64,000 nucleotides of DNA from Octopus sinensis (taxonomy: Eukaryota), in assembly GCF_006345805.1 (NCBI RefSeq), contig NC_042998.1, positions 159,526,001-159,590,000 on the forward strand. Reading direction: 5' to 3'. A program made the translations under genes and the position numbers. The number at the start of each line of letters is the position of its first letter. Position 1 is the stretch's first letter. Below the pieces are notes generated by a model. That model was not told the DNA's origin. It worked only from the letters and a program-made list of their open reading frames with translations, and ran no database searches. This document shows positions 14,555 through 26,186 of this stretch, piece after piece.

Positions 14555-14687
14555 TTTATTATATAGAAGGAGCTTCTACAGGACTAGTACTGTTTCATTC
14601 AAGAGAAATCTTCAGGAAGCTTCCTGAAGATTCTCTTGAATGAAACAGTACTAGTCCTGTAGAAGCTCCTTCTATATAATAAATTAA
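14551..14687. repeat. Near-perfect zero-spacer palindrome (~137 bp)
   Basis: Axis at GGAAG|CTTCC (14619/14620); the arms match except for a 1-nt indel. Confidence 0.95.
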
Positions 14688-14749
14688 TTTTACTCTGCTA
14701 TGTATTGAGTACCTTACTTACTGTGGTTAACCCCGGATCAACCGGGACC

Positions 14750-14792
<43 letters not shown>

Positions 14793-14956
14793 TTAAATAT
14801 ATATATCATACACTTAAATATATACATACATATATACGATTGTTTTCTTTAAGTTTCTGATACGAAACCTATATATATATATATATTATATATATATACG
14901 TTTAAATATTTGTTGTGCAAGATTTTTTATGTGAAGTCGTGTGTTGAAACAGATAC

Positions 14957-15432
14957 TGTTATATTTCGGAATGGTCATATTGCCAGTTTAGCCAATAAAA
15001 ACACACGCACTATATATTTGGTGTTATTTTGCTTCAGTGATATTTATTTTTTACATTAATCTTAATCTTATTTCGGCCAAAGTTCTTTCGTCACACTCCT
15101 GTGACCGCATCAGTGGTCCTTTGGTTTCTTCTCACTTACTTGTGTCTCTCCTTACTAACCGTCAGCCATTTTGTATTTCTATTGTATGTCTTCATTTGCG
15201 CATGCTTATATCTCTATGTGCGTCTATGTTTATTTAGTGTGTGTGTGGGGGGGGATGCCTGTAATATTTGTATCTTCTGGTTATATACATTCTTGTAATT
15301 TGTATTTTGTTTTTGTTGTTGTTGCTTTTGTTCTAATTTTGTTCATGTGTTTACATCCACCCATTATTATCATTACATATGCTTGTATGTATGTATAACA
15401 ACAATATTAGTAATAATAATAATAAATCTAAT
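14957..15432. repeat. Left arm of the PLE inverted terminal repeat (3' pseudo-LTR)
   Basis: Reverse complement of 18433-18911. Confidence 0.92.
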
Positions 15433-15434
15433 TG

Positions 15435-15484
<50 letters not shown>

Positions 15485-15487
15485 TAC

Positions 15488-15518
<31 letters not shown>

Positions 15519-15614
15519 TATACACACATACATACACATATACATATATATATTTATTCATTTCTATTTCTTTAATTATCTGTGTATTTATTATGTTTGC
15601 AGGATCCACTATCG

Positions 15615-16712
15615 TCATATGTTGTGGTGTGCGCTATTGCTCCATTCTAGTTTTCTATTCAGGCTAGGTTTATTTTCTATTATATGTGTAGCTTCTGTAA
15701 TTTGTCTAATTGTTGCATCTGTTCTATGTGTGGACAATATCTTAATCTCTATGTTATTGATTGATCCCCCGTGTTCTTGTTCAGCGTGTTGGTACAGAAT
15801 CGATGAGCTTTTACCTTCCTTGAGTTGTCTCCAATGTTCATTCACCCGCTCACCAATGCTTCTTGCTGTTTCCCCTACGTATGTTACTGTCTTGTTACTG
15901 CATCGTCCCTCTATACATCTTATACTATAGACCACATTTCTGGCTTTACAGTTTGTTTGTGGGCTAAATCTACATACAGTGCAATAGTTATCCGTACAGA
16001 GAGTTCTACTAAAAGGATAGCTTCTACCAATTATAGATCTGATAGGGTTGCCTGGCTTTTCAACAACCTTAATTCTTAGTTTAAGTTTATCTAGGGTCCT
16101 TCTAAAGCGGTATGCCAGTTCACCTCCAGGGGTGGTGTCAACGAACATGACACTCTGGTATTTATGGCTATCATACCAAGAGTTGGCCTTCCCTATTTTC
16201 TTTTTTGTCCTTTCTATAGTGTTCCATGACTTGTTCCTATAGAGTGGGCAAATCCCATTCCTATCATTACATAATATATTATCAAATTTCTTCATGGCTC
16301 CTTTGTATACTCTGACCCTTTCTTTATGGCTGTAACCTGAGAACTGCATGCGGTGAATGAAATACTGTATGTGTCTCTTTAATTCTGAAGGCTCGCACAT
16401 GCGTGACACATTTCTCATTATTCTGACGAGGTCTGCCATCAAAATATTGAATTTGGCATTGCCCGCAATGGCTGAGTTCCGGTGGATCAGGTATTTTGAG
16501 GCCATAGGTTTTGCATAGTATGAATGAAGGATTTGGGTTTTATTTTTCACAATTTCTAGCCAGAGTTCAGTGTCTAGTACTGGTAGTCTATGGTTGGGGT
16601 GTTTAGTGGGGTAGTCTATTGTGACCTTAATACTCTGGTGGATGGAGTTAGCTATTTGCTGGATGCTCTCCATAGTATTAGTTTCTATTACTATATCAAC
16701 ATTACTCTCTGT
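15615..16712 (-). CDS. PLE polyprotein, C-terminal part: RT thumb plus GIY-YIG endonuclease (joins the upstream part across a frameshift at G5 run 16713-16717)
   Basis: Thumb-like TIDYP...LPVLDTELW and YYAKPMASKYLIHRNSA. A Cys cluster CTDNYCTVC precedes NVVYSIRC...TYVGETARSIGERVNEH (GIY-YIG), followed by HAEQEH and RQITEA. Confidence 0.92.
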   Translation of the reverse strand, partial: TESNVDIVIETNTMESIQQIANSIHQSIKVTIDYPTKHPNHRLPVLDTELWLEIVKNKTQILHSYYAKPMASKYLIHRNSAIAGNAKFNILMADLVRIMRNVSRMCEPSELKRHIQYFIHRMQFSGYSHKERVRVYKGAMKKFDNILCNDRNGICPLYRNKSWNTIERTKKKIGKANSWYDSHKYQSVMFVDTTPGGELAYRFRRTLDKLKLRIKVVEKPGNPIRSIIGRSYPFSRTLCTDNYCTVCRFSPQTNCKARNVVYSIRCIEGRCSNKTVTYVGETARSIGERVNEHWRQLKEGKSSSILYQHAEQEHGGSINNIEIKILSTHRTDATIRQITEATHIIENKPSLNRKLEWSNSAHHNI

Positions 16713-18432
16713 GGGGGTGCCTTTACTACTATATTGATATCATCAACATAGCGAGAGTACATGTTTACGAGTATGGATTTCTGCAGTAGGCATTCTTTAA
16801 GCCTTCTGTCCCACCATACCATGAAGAGGTTGGCCACATCACCAGCGATACTAACACCGATGGCTGCCCCCTCGTCCTGGGCATATATTTTATTATTAAA
16901 TTTAAACGTGTGGCCTTTTAGGGTAACTCTTATACTAGCTCCTAGTGCATGTGCGATCATTTTCTTTACCTGATGGACATTTGTGGGGCTCCGTATGGCT
17001 CTGGTCCATCCGCGCCATCTTTCTATATGTGTCTTCCTAGCCATAGAAGTAATTGTAGGCGGTCTACCTCTTAAACATCTACTGGGGCAGAAACTACTAA
17101 GATTATGTTTATCTAAGTATTCACTATTATATGTCAGTCTAAGTAGGAGGCCCAGTTCTTCTGTGTCGACATTACAGAACTCCACCTGGCTCTCGTTGAT
17201 CATCTCCACGCACTTCTCCACTGCAAAATCTACGTCAATCGATGGGTATAGGGATACCACATCCATGCTACCTACTATACATCCTGTCAAGTCACAAGTT
17301 TTGTTACAGTCACTGATCCTGCTTAGGAGATCTTCTGTGCTGTCACACACATCAGGTGACATCCTGATTATAGGGCGTATGATCATTGAGAGGAAGTAGA
17401 AGATTCTGTAATTGCTAGCGATATTCGCTCCACAGACTGGTCTTGTTGGTGGTCCTGCTATAGGGTCAGTAAAACCTTTATGGTCCTTGCGAAGTCCATA
17501 CAGTGCCGGGATATCATTGTTCCAGGCTTGGAAATTCCTTGCAGTACGTTTCTGAGGTCCTAGAACAATTGTCCACATCATCATGTGGGCATTGAGGACC
17601 TTTTCTCTCTCCTCATGCGCCTGTACAGTTGTTACTTTTGTATTGGCGATATGAGGTTGCATTGCCTGGATGTAGTTCGGTAAGCTGTCTATTGACATCC
17701 TGCCGGACTTATCCGTGGGAAGGCATATCACCTCTCCGTTCCTCGTGCGCTGAATGAGCTTCTGTAGGCCACATGCAGGTTTAATTCCGAGTTGTTGGGC
17801 ATCTGTCTTATTCTGTCTCTGTCTCTTAATGTATAATCCTAAAATCTGTCTAAGTTTGGTCCTAGCTATAGTGAACTGTGCTTCCATGTGGTCATTAGTA
17901 CGTCTTGGGATGTATACTCTTTTGTTGAAGGGTAATGTTGTTGGATAAATTCGGTTCATGCAGTAAGTTTTGTCGCATACGTTGAAGAATTGAGTGTCAA
18001 AGGGATGGGTATACATGTCAATGGTCTCTCTAGGGTTATCTTCATTATCGTTACTGTTTCCAACATCAGCCTTCCTATTATTATTATCACCATTACCACT
18101 ACTACTACTACTAGTATTCCTATTACCACCACAACTATCACTACTATCCTCATTACTACTTCTACTGTTACCATCACCACTACTACTACCACTATTATTG
18201 TTATTACCTTTATTCCTACTATTGCCATTATTACTATCATCGCTAGTGATATATTCATTGTTCCTGTTTCTGGTATATGTGTTGTTTATATTAGTGTTGG
18301 GTTTTATGTCTGTCTGTTGGTCCCTGTCATTCCCCCTGTTGCGGTCGTTATTTTTGTTCCTATGAGTATTGTTATCTGTTTCAAGTCCGCTGACTCCCTG
18401 TCCAAGGATCCTGTTGCATTCAACTTTATTCT
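16691..18432 (-). CDS. PLE polyprotein, N-terminal part: N/S/G-rich low-complexity region plus reverse transcriptase
   Basis: RT motifs GSMDVVSLYPSI, YAQDEGAAIGVSIAGDVANLFM and YSRYVDDI, plus the PLE-typical LPTDKSGR and ALYGLRKDHK. The frame stays open upstream of the listed Met (18016) to about 18432. Confidence 0.9.
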
Positions 18433-18907
18433 ATTAGATTTATTATTATTATTATTACTAATATTGTTGTTATACATACATACAAGCATATGTAATGATA
18501 ATAATGGGTGGATGTAAACACATGAACAAAATTAGAACAAAAGCAACAACAACAAAAACAAAATACAAATTACAAGAATGTATATAACCAGAAGATACAA
18601 ATATTACAGGCATCCCCCCCCACACACACACTAAATAAACATAGACGCACATAGAGATATAAGCATGCGCAAATGAAGACATACAATAGAAATACAAAAT
18701 GGCTGACGGTTAGTAAGGAGAGACACAAGTAAGTGAGAAGAAAACAAAGGACCACTGATGCGGTCACAGGAGTGTGACGAAAGAACTTTGGCCGAAATAA
18801 GATTAAGATTAATGTAAAAAATAAATATCACTGAAGCAAAATAACACCAAATATATAGTGCGTGTGTTTTTATTGGCTAAACTGGCAATATGACCATTCC
18901 GAAATAT

Positions 18908-18911
<4 letters not shown>
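18433..18911. repeat. Right arm of the PLE inverted terminal repeat
   Basis: Reverse complement of 14957-15432. Confidence 0.92.
18749..18793 (+). ncRNA. Hammerhead-like motif in the PLE terminal repeat (sense copy at 15075-15119 on the minus strand)
   Basis: GGACCA-CTGATGC-G-GTCAC aggagt GTGAC-GAAAGAACTT-TGGCC. Stem II is perfect but the core reads CUGAUGC (A9C). Confidence 0.35.
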
Positions 18912-18937
<26 letters not shown>

Positions 18938-18946
<9 letters not shown>

Positions 18947-19384
18947 TAAATTAGAGATAAAACCACTATTAGGCAAATCATACAATGAAAAACTTAAGCC
19001 AATACATAAGATTAATTAATTTATATTATTTAAATATATATCAAAATTATTAAAAAAGATAATTAATATAACACTACGATCGTTTCATGGCTGTTCAATT
19101 CTTAAAATTTTCGAGTTACAGTCATTCAATGTTTAATTCAATGTTTAATTCATTGATTAAACCTCGCCAAGTTAAATATTTAAACCACCTGAAGAATGAC
19201 TGTAACTCGAAAATTTTAAGAATTGAACAGCCATGAAACGATCGTAGTGTTATATTAATTATCTTTTTTAATAATTTTGATGTATATTTAAATAATATAA
19301 ATTAATTAATCTTATGTATTGGCTTAAGTTTTTCATTGTATGATTTGCCTAATAGTGGTTTTATCTCTAATTTAATATAATATA
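18938..19384. repeat. Long foldback: ~190-bp arms (18938-19127 / 19194-19384), 66-bp spacer
   Basis: The arms are reverse complements with about one mismatch seen by eye. Confidence 0.93.
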
Positions 19385-19459
19385 ATATTTTACTATAAAA
19401 TTGGATTCAATCCAAAATCTGATTTTTCCCTGTAAGTTTGGATTTATTCCCTAATATTT

Positions 19460-19517
<58 letters not shown>

Positions 19518-19543
19518 TATTAAAATTACTAAGTCTCTATAAA

Positions 19544-19582
<39 letters not shown>

Positions 19583-19944
19583 TGTCATAGACAGAAACTT
19601 AAAGAAATCAATCGTATATATGTATGTATATATTTAAGTGTATGTGTCTGACTTTGCTTCTGTGTTTCACCCTCATCACTGCTTCGCAACTGCTGTTCGT
19701 TTATTTACATCCCCATAACTTACTGGTTTCACAAGAAGAAACTAATAGAATAAGTATCAGGCTTATCAAAATAAAACAAGCAGTACGCTGTGTCTCATAT
19801 TTTTGTTTGCCCACTCAGTTGTATCTATCAATTTATCTTTGTGTGTGTATGTATATATATATATATAATACACACACACACACACACTCACACATATATA
19901 TATATATATATATACATGTATGTATATGTGTACATTCATATTTA

Positions 19945-21564
19945 TTATATCAAAGACAATGTCTTTATGTGTTCATGTATTACTTATACATTCAAAAACT
20001 GCTGCACCGATCATAATGAAATTTGGAACACAAAATTGAAGCCTAGGGAGAAGGGTAATGCTGTGCGCTTCATACAATTTCATGGATCAAAATTACTGAA
20101 TGGATCCTTATGATATTTGAAACTTACATTCAATGCATAAGTGTGGGTATAATGCAATGTTTGGTTCGAATTTCAGATGGCTTAAAGAGTGCAGAACCCC
20201 CCATGAAAATTCATAAATTTTCGATGTTGATGAAATTTCAACCATGGGTAATTGACATACATCAAGAAGTATTCTCAAAGTTTCCACTTCACATGAGGAT
20301 TCTAAGACACCCTAATGGGGGCTTTAACTCCCAAATTTTAGTCATTTCTTTTATGATCCAAAACTAAGTCAAAAGTACAGAATGGATCTTTAGGAAATTT
20401 GAAAATTATATTCTATGCATAAGGGCCATAACCCCAATGACAATTCATATATTTTTGCTGTTGATGAAATTTTAACCATAGATATTAGATACACATGAAG
20501 TAATATTTATAAAATTTCATCTTCTTACAAGTTAGAAAGATCCCTTCATGGGGACTTAACACTCACAATTTAGACATTTTATCTAAGCAAAGATGAATAG
20601 TTGTACTCTTGGAAGCTGTGGGGTCATCCAAGCATTATTTGTAATTTAATGGTACAACAGTGTAACAGTTTGCTTTGACATACACTTAGATTGTGATTTC
20701 TGCAATGTGCTGCATAAATTGTCAAGTAAATGAGAGGCAGCTTTGCCTCCACTGATTCAGTTGCAAAGTGCTGAGTAAAGTTATTTGATTGCAGATTTCC
20801 TTTCAGTCTTTTTATTATCACTGGGTCACACATAATCCCCACATGGTAACATTGATTTCAAGGCCTTCCCAGATGAGTGACTGGTTATTCAAAGACATTT
20901 ATAGATTGTATATTTATTCTTTCCAGTTACGTATCAGTATAGTGGTCATTTGCAAACTCCAACTTTCATTTCTCCTTAGCCCTCATGTCACACAGTTGTT
21001 AATGTTCATTTCAGTTGGGTCACGTCCTTCCAATTGCTATAGATTCGTAATGCATCTTACAGCTGTGCCTGTCACCTACATGGTGAGGAATACTACATTG
21101 GGAGTGGTAACAACTAGGGTACTATAGCTGACTGCTTATTGTGATCATTCGTCTTTTGGTTTCCTGTAGCTTTGCTCTCTTTTACAAACCCAGTGAACAT
21201 ATATTTCCTATCTCAAAGAAATTCAAACAATAGATATAAGACCCAAGTTAAAAAGATTCTCGACAATTCAACTTCTCTAGTTGACATTAACTCTCACATT
21301 TTAGAGCTCCATGACCTCCATTTTTCAGGAGTAAAATCCTTTTAACAGGTTCAATAAGACTGGAATTTTGGAATATGCACATAAAAATCAGTAGTGTGGG
21401 ATACATGTGGCACGATTACAATTTTATTTATGAGGAAATAACCCTCATCTGCAATTTTGATGAAATTCGAAATATAGGTATTCCAGTTCATTACAGAAAA
21501 TATAACAGAAAAGTCTAATTCTTCAATTGTATGTAACTCGGGCAACGCCGGATAACCCTGCTAG
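19945..21564 (+). mobile_element. Probable non-autonomous Helitron-like element
   Basis: The 3' end has a hairpin TCGGGC-AAC-GCCGGA (21538-21552) followed by CTAG|T (21561-21564). There is an internal degenerate tandem dimer at about 20095-20580. The 5' boundary is uncertain. Confidence 0.45.
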
Positions 21565-21627
21565 TATATATATATATATATACAAATGTGTGTGTGTCTG
21601 TGACTGTTTGTGTCTGCGTGTATATAC

Positions 21628-21662
<35 letters not shown>

Positions 21663-23199
21663 TATATGTTTAAAAATGATATTATGTATTTATGTATGCA
21701 TTTATATGTATATATGTGCATGTATGTTTGTGTGTGTGTGTGTATGTATTCATGAACATGTGTGCCCATCTGCATTTGTATCTGTGTTTATGTTTAAGTT
21801 TACCACTATAAAAAAAAAAAATTAAATAGTGTTGTGTCAAAAGCCATAACTTAGTGATTTGATCCAATATAGATCGATAAAATAAGTGGCAGACGAAAAT
21901 AAGCACTAAGGTTGATGTGATTAACCAAAACCTTTTGAAGATGGTGTCCCAGCATAGCCACAATCCAATACAATGGCAGAAGAATGAAATACTACAATCG
22001 CGCGCACACACACACATACACATTCACACACACACACACATATGCATATAAACATGGGTGGATGGGGTTCTTTGGTTTGGGTGGTTGTGAGATTGACTTG
22101 CCCAAAGTTTTACACAGATAAAAAAACACAAATACCAATTTCTAATAAAATGTCTTTTCATCTTTTGATGCTCCACAAATCACACAACATGCAACTTAAA
22201 ATAAATTTTTGTTTACTGCCTTTCTTTATAGCAAAAATATCAATTATTTGGTCAACATTTTTACAAACAGACATATTAGCATACTCTCACTCAATATTTA
22301 GTACTACTAGATGGTTTAGTTGTGTTTGACCCATTCTGCTCCTCAGAAATATCTCCATTCATCTGAAACCACTGCAAAAGCACTCTGCAGAACACACTGT
22401 AGCAGAAATGGTTACCAAGATGCCAGTGGTTTTTGTTCAAGACTGGCAATACGCCATGAAGGTCATTGCTTTAAACAGTTTCAACAACACCAACTACCAA
22501 TACCTATAAATTTGGCTGATGCATATATTTTTGTGACAAACTTTGTGTAGGCTGCCTTTGCTGCCATTAAGTAATCAAGGTCAATGTATTAAGTGATGCC
22601 ACAAGTCTCATTGTGTTCACCTGAGGCATCAGACACATTTTAATATAACCAAATATACAAAGTATTTCTTGGTTATTACCATTAAATTGTAATTCCATTT
22701 CCATAATAATGTTGTTATCCAGAATGAAATAATAGGTAGATACATATGTGTTAGCAGTCTTTGAATTAGTAACTCTAATAGTTGAATAGTGCTGGAGAAC
22801 TCATCAAAGGTGTGTATACAAAGGTTTGTACATAATATGTAGTATATAAATAATGTGCTAATATTGCTTTCAAATTTTGGCACAATGCCAGCAAGATTAG
22901 GGGAGAAAGTAAGTTGATTACATCGACCTCAATGCTCAACTTGTACTTATTCTATCAACCCTGAAAGGATGAAAGGCAAAGTCAACCTTGGTGTCATTTG
23001 AACTCAGAACATAAAGACAGATAAAATGCTGCTGAGCATTTTGTCCATCCAGGGTAACAATTCTGCCAGTTTGTCACTTTATAATTTGCTAATATTAGAG
23101 GTTTTGCTTGTGGTTTCTTCATATTTCTTTTAGTGTTTAAGATATCCACTGTCCAAATTGTTGTTTGTCCAAATTATTAAATTATTCATTTTGTTGATA

Positions 23200-25760
23200 T
23201 CTCCAGATAAAGAACATGCAACTAAGTGGAGTACACAGCAAAAAATAAAAGAGCCAGAAACAAACAATCCAAGCAGAGGAGCATTAGATACCTGGGTATA
23301 ATGAAGTAAAGAGGAAGTAAGGAAAGTGTAGGGGGAAGTAAAATATAATGCAGAAGCAGTGACAGATTCTTCTGATGTGGAATCAGAACATGATATTGCT
23401 GCCCTCAATCTCCTAGTAAGAATGATGTTTCAAGTGAAGACAATAAAGAAGATTTTAGTACATTTTTTGCAAAGAAAGCATTTTGAAGAAACCAATCCCA
23501 AATAACTTAAAGGTGACAATAGTACAACATGGTCCAGGAAGCTATCAAAATAAAAGGGATCAGTTTACCTAGAAGGATGGGAAATCCTTTTCTAAACAGT
23601 GGTTTAAGGAAGTTTCAACAAATGGAGAAAATGTGGAGAGGAAACAGCTGTTAAACTCTCCATACTGGGAAGCATGCCACTGTTTTGTTTCCTTTGTTTT
23701 CACAGATGCAGGGATCGTCAAAGAGTTTACATGGGTTCACAAGAGTTTACATGAGGGAAATACTTGGACCTTGTAGTTAGACTCTAATGTTCAACTACAA
23801 AAGATGCTGTATTTTGGCAGCAAATTTCTACTGAAAATGAAAAATGGAAAGCTATAACTGAACAGATTATCAAGATTGTGTAATTTCTGGTAAAACAGAA
23901 TCTGGCCCTTCATGAGCATTGAGGAAAAGGAACACCTAGTTTATTAGAGCCAGAGGAGACAGTCAGTGAAAATTAAGAAACATTTTAACAATGTTCAGAC
24001 TTTTGGCAAAGTATGATGAAATTTCAGTAGAAGACTTTGAGGATTACAGGTAAGTTCATTGCCATCAATTCACCACACGGAAAGTTCACCTTGAAGAAAG
24101 TTCACTGTGAAGAAAGTTCACTGTGAAGAAAGTTCACCATGAGGAAAGTTCATGGAAAGTTGCCAACAAAATGTATCCATAGTATTTCACCATTAATAGG
24201 TAAAAACTATTTTATTGAAAAAAGAAAACCGGTGAATTGATGATGGTGAGGTTACCGGATAGGCACTTAGAGTGAGGGTAAGAGAATCCAAAAAGTGTTT
24301 TTTTACTTGTCTGAGAGGAATCAAAATGAAATAGAGGATCTCCTTAGTGAAACTTTCAAGAATAACTAACTTCCAAATTAAAGATGCAAAAGATATTGCC
24401 CATGAAGATCAGGTTTCTGAAATTGTACCTTACATACATTTTGATGAAAACAGAAAAGAAGAAATAAAGTCGGCATTTCTAGGATTTTTTGTTCAAATCA
24501 ACAAGAAAGATATAGTCAGCTTGGTAAATAAAATTCTGGAGTAATTGGAAGACAAAATTTCCATTAAAGACTGTTGCAGCCAAGAATGTTATAGTAGTTA
24601 TGACTGAATGAGGAGAGGTGTTTGGCAAAAAATTCTTGAAGTTAGTCAAAAAAGTTATATTTGTGAATTACAAGAATCATAACTTCAATTTAGCCTGCAT
24701 CAATGGAAGTGTGGTGCAATGTGTTGTTATATATATATATTTTTAGTTTTGAAAAAATTGCTTTTTTTTCTTCAATTATTTCTCATTAGAAAGTGTTAAA
24801 ATTTGTTATCTCTCAGACCATGAAAAGACAAGATAGAGTCCTTATCATGATGCAAGATAGAGTCCTTATCATTATATTTTGCAAGTAATCTATGCAGAGT
24901 GCAAAACATTATTATAAGCCTTGAACATTTACAGGAAGGAGAAGTTTCCAGGGATATCAAATCTGATGCAGGATTGTTCCTCTACTCTGTTCAACAGATC
25001 TCATATCTTTGTTATCTTTTTGGCAGCCAATTTTATCATCAAGTTCTAAAACGTTTGCAGGATCCAAAATTAGTGTTCCCATGAAGCTTCTTGTGATCTA
25101 AAAGTGTTTAATCAAATCTTGAATTTGAAAAATTGCAAAATTATCCACAATGCCATACATTCAGTCAATGAATATTGTGAAAAATGGCATGAACAGGGAG
25201 AAGACGAATGGAACCTTTGGAATCAGCAGGAGATAGTAGACTGGTGTCACAGTACAAAATGAATAGAGTAATGGGAGAGATAGTGAACCAATCAATATCT
25301 GAAATGGAAGACCACAGCATTCACCTTGGAGACCTTGGAGATTGAGTTTCATTTCTTCTGAATTTGAATTCAATTTGTAATTAAGGTTGAGCAAGGAAGA
25401 CAAGGATTAATAATTTTTAAAATGCTCAGATTTCACAAAATATTATGATAATGGTGTGACAGCCATTTGGTCGTATGATGGAATTATTGACTTTATGATA
25501 TTCTTTTGGGATGGAGGGAATACAGTTTCCTCTGATCTTAAATATGCTCCGGAGTCTTTACTGCAGTTTGGAAGGGATGTCTTTCCTGAAACATGAATCA
25601 CATACAAATTACTACTTTTGATCACTTTTGATCAATTGCAGGTTGTGAAAAGTCATTTTCAAGGTTAATATTAATAAAAACATACTAACTAGGCTTTAAT
25701 CAATATTGAAAAAGAATTTCCCTCAGATGATGTGAGAAAAAAGTAATTCAGGTGTTTTCT
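23200..25760 (+). mobile_element. hAT-superfamily transposase remnant (ZMYM1-like group), heavily decayed
   Basis: Broken frames give GALDTW, KQNLALHEH, NILTMFRLLAKYDE, DIAHEDQVSEIV...FLGFF and NHNFNLAC-like peptides. A dimerisation-domain-like FPET...YKLLL...SIAGCEKSFSRLILIK lies at about 25580-25690. Confidence 0.75.
24049..24256. mobile_element. MITE-like insert with imperfect ~28-bp TIRs and an internal 17-bp tandem (GAAAGTTCACTGTGAA-type, 4-5 copies)
   Basis: GGTAAGTTCATTGCCATCAATTCACC ... GGTGAATTGATGATGGTGAGGTTACC; it interrupts the hAT remnant. Confidence 0.6.
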
Positions 25761-26186
25761 GTCAGATTTCATTTGGGGATATGGGCACCAAACTTAAATA
25801 ACATGGCTAATTTGAATAAAATGTTTATTTCTTTTGCCTTTACATATTCAAGACATCTTCCTTTCTCACATTTCTCAGTACAAGGACCTATACTTGGAGT
25901 CTTGAGAGCATGCAGTCAAGGAGTTAGCCTCAAGCATCACCAAAACCTTTGCATGCCACTGCTTGTGTATGAAGATTAGACTATAACAGATGAAAAGAAC
26001 ATACCTTGTTGCTGTCAAACTGCTATGAACACTATATTCATTATATAATTAAAACAACCTCCAACAATTTTATGATATATCATCTCCAGCTACCCAAGTA
26101 TATTTTTTACTAACTTATAGAGAACACTTCCTTAGTAGCAAATGTTTCATAAAATTCAACATACTCTAGTATTATTTCTCTTTCAG

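Larger units (their letters stand above)
14957..18911 (-). mobile_element. Young, near-intact Penelope-like retroelement (possibly Neptune-type), 5'-truncated, with the 3' terminal repeat copied in inverted orientation at the 5' end
   Basis: Carries an RT + GIY-YIG coding region. 14957-15432 and 18433-18911 are inverted copies; by eye they differ by about one substitution and one microsatellite unit. The ORF track shows identical peptides on opposite strands at 15037/18631, 15171/18470. Confidence 0.93.

Noticed and set aside
22320-22620. Cys/His-rich peptide (CRTHCSRNG...GFC...HEGHCF) resembling a piggyBac C-terminal domain
   Set aside because: The resemblance is loose, no transposase core or TTAA-flanked TIR was found nearby, and all alternative exon readings contain stops.
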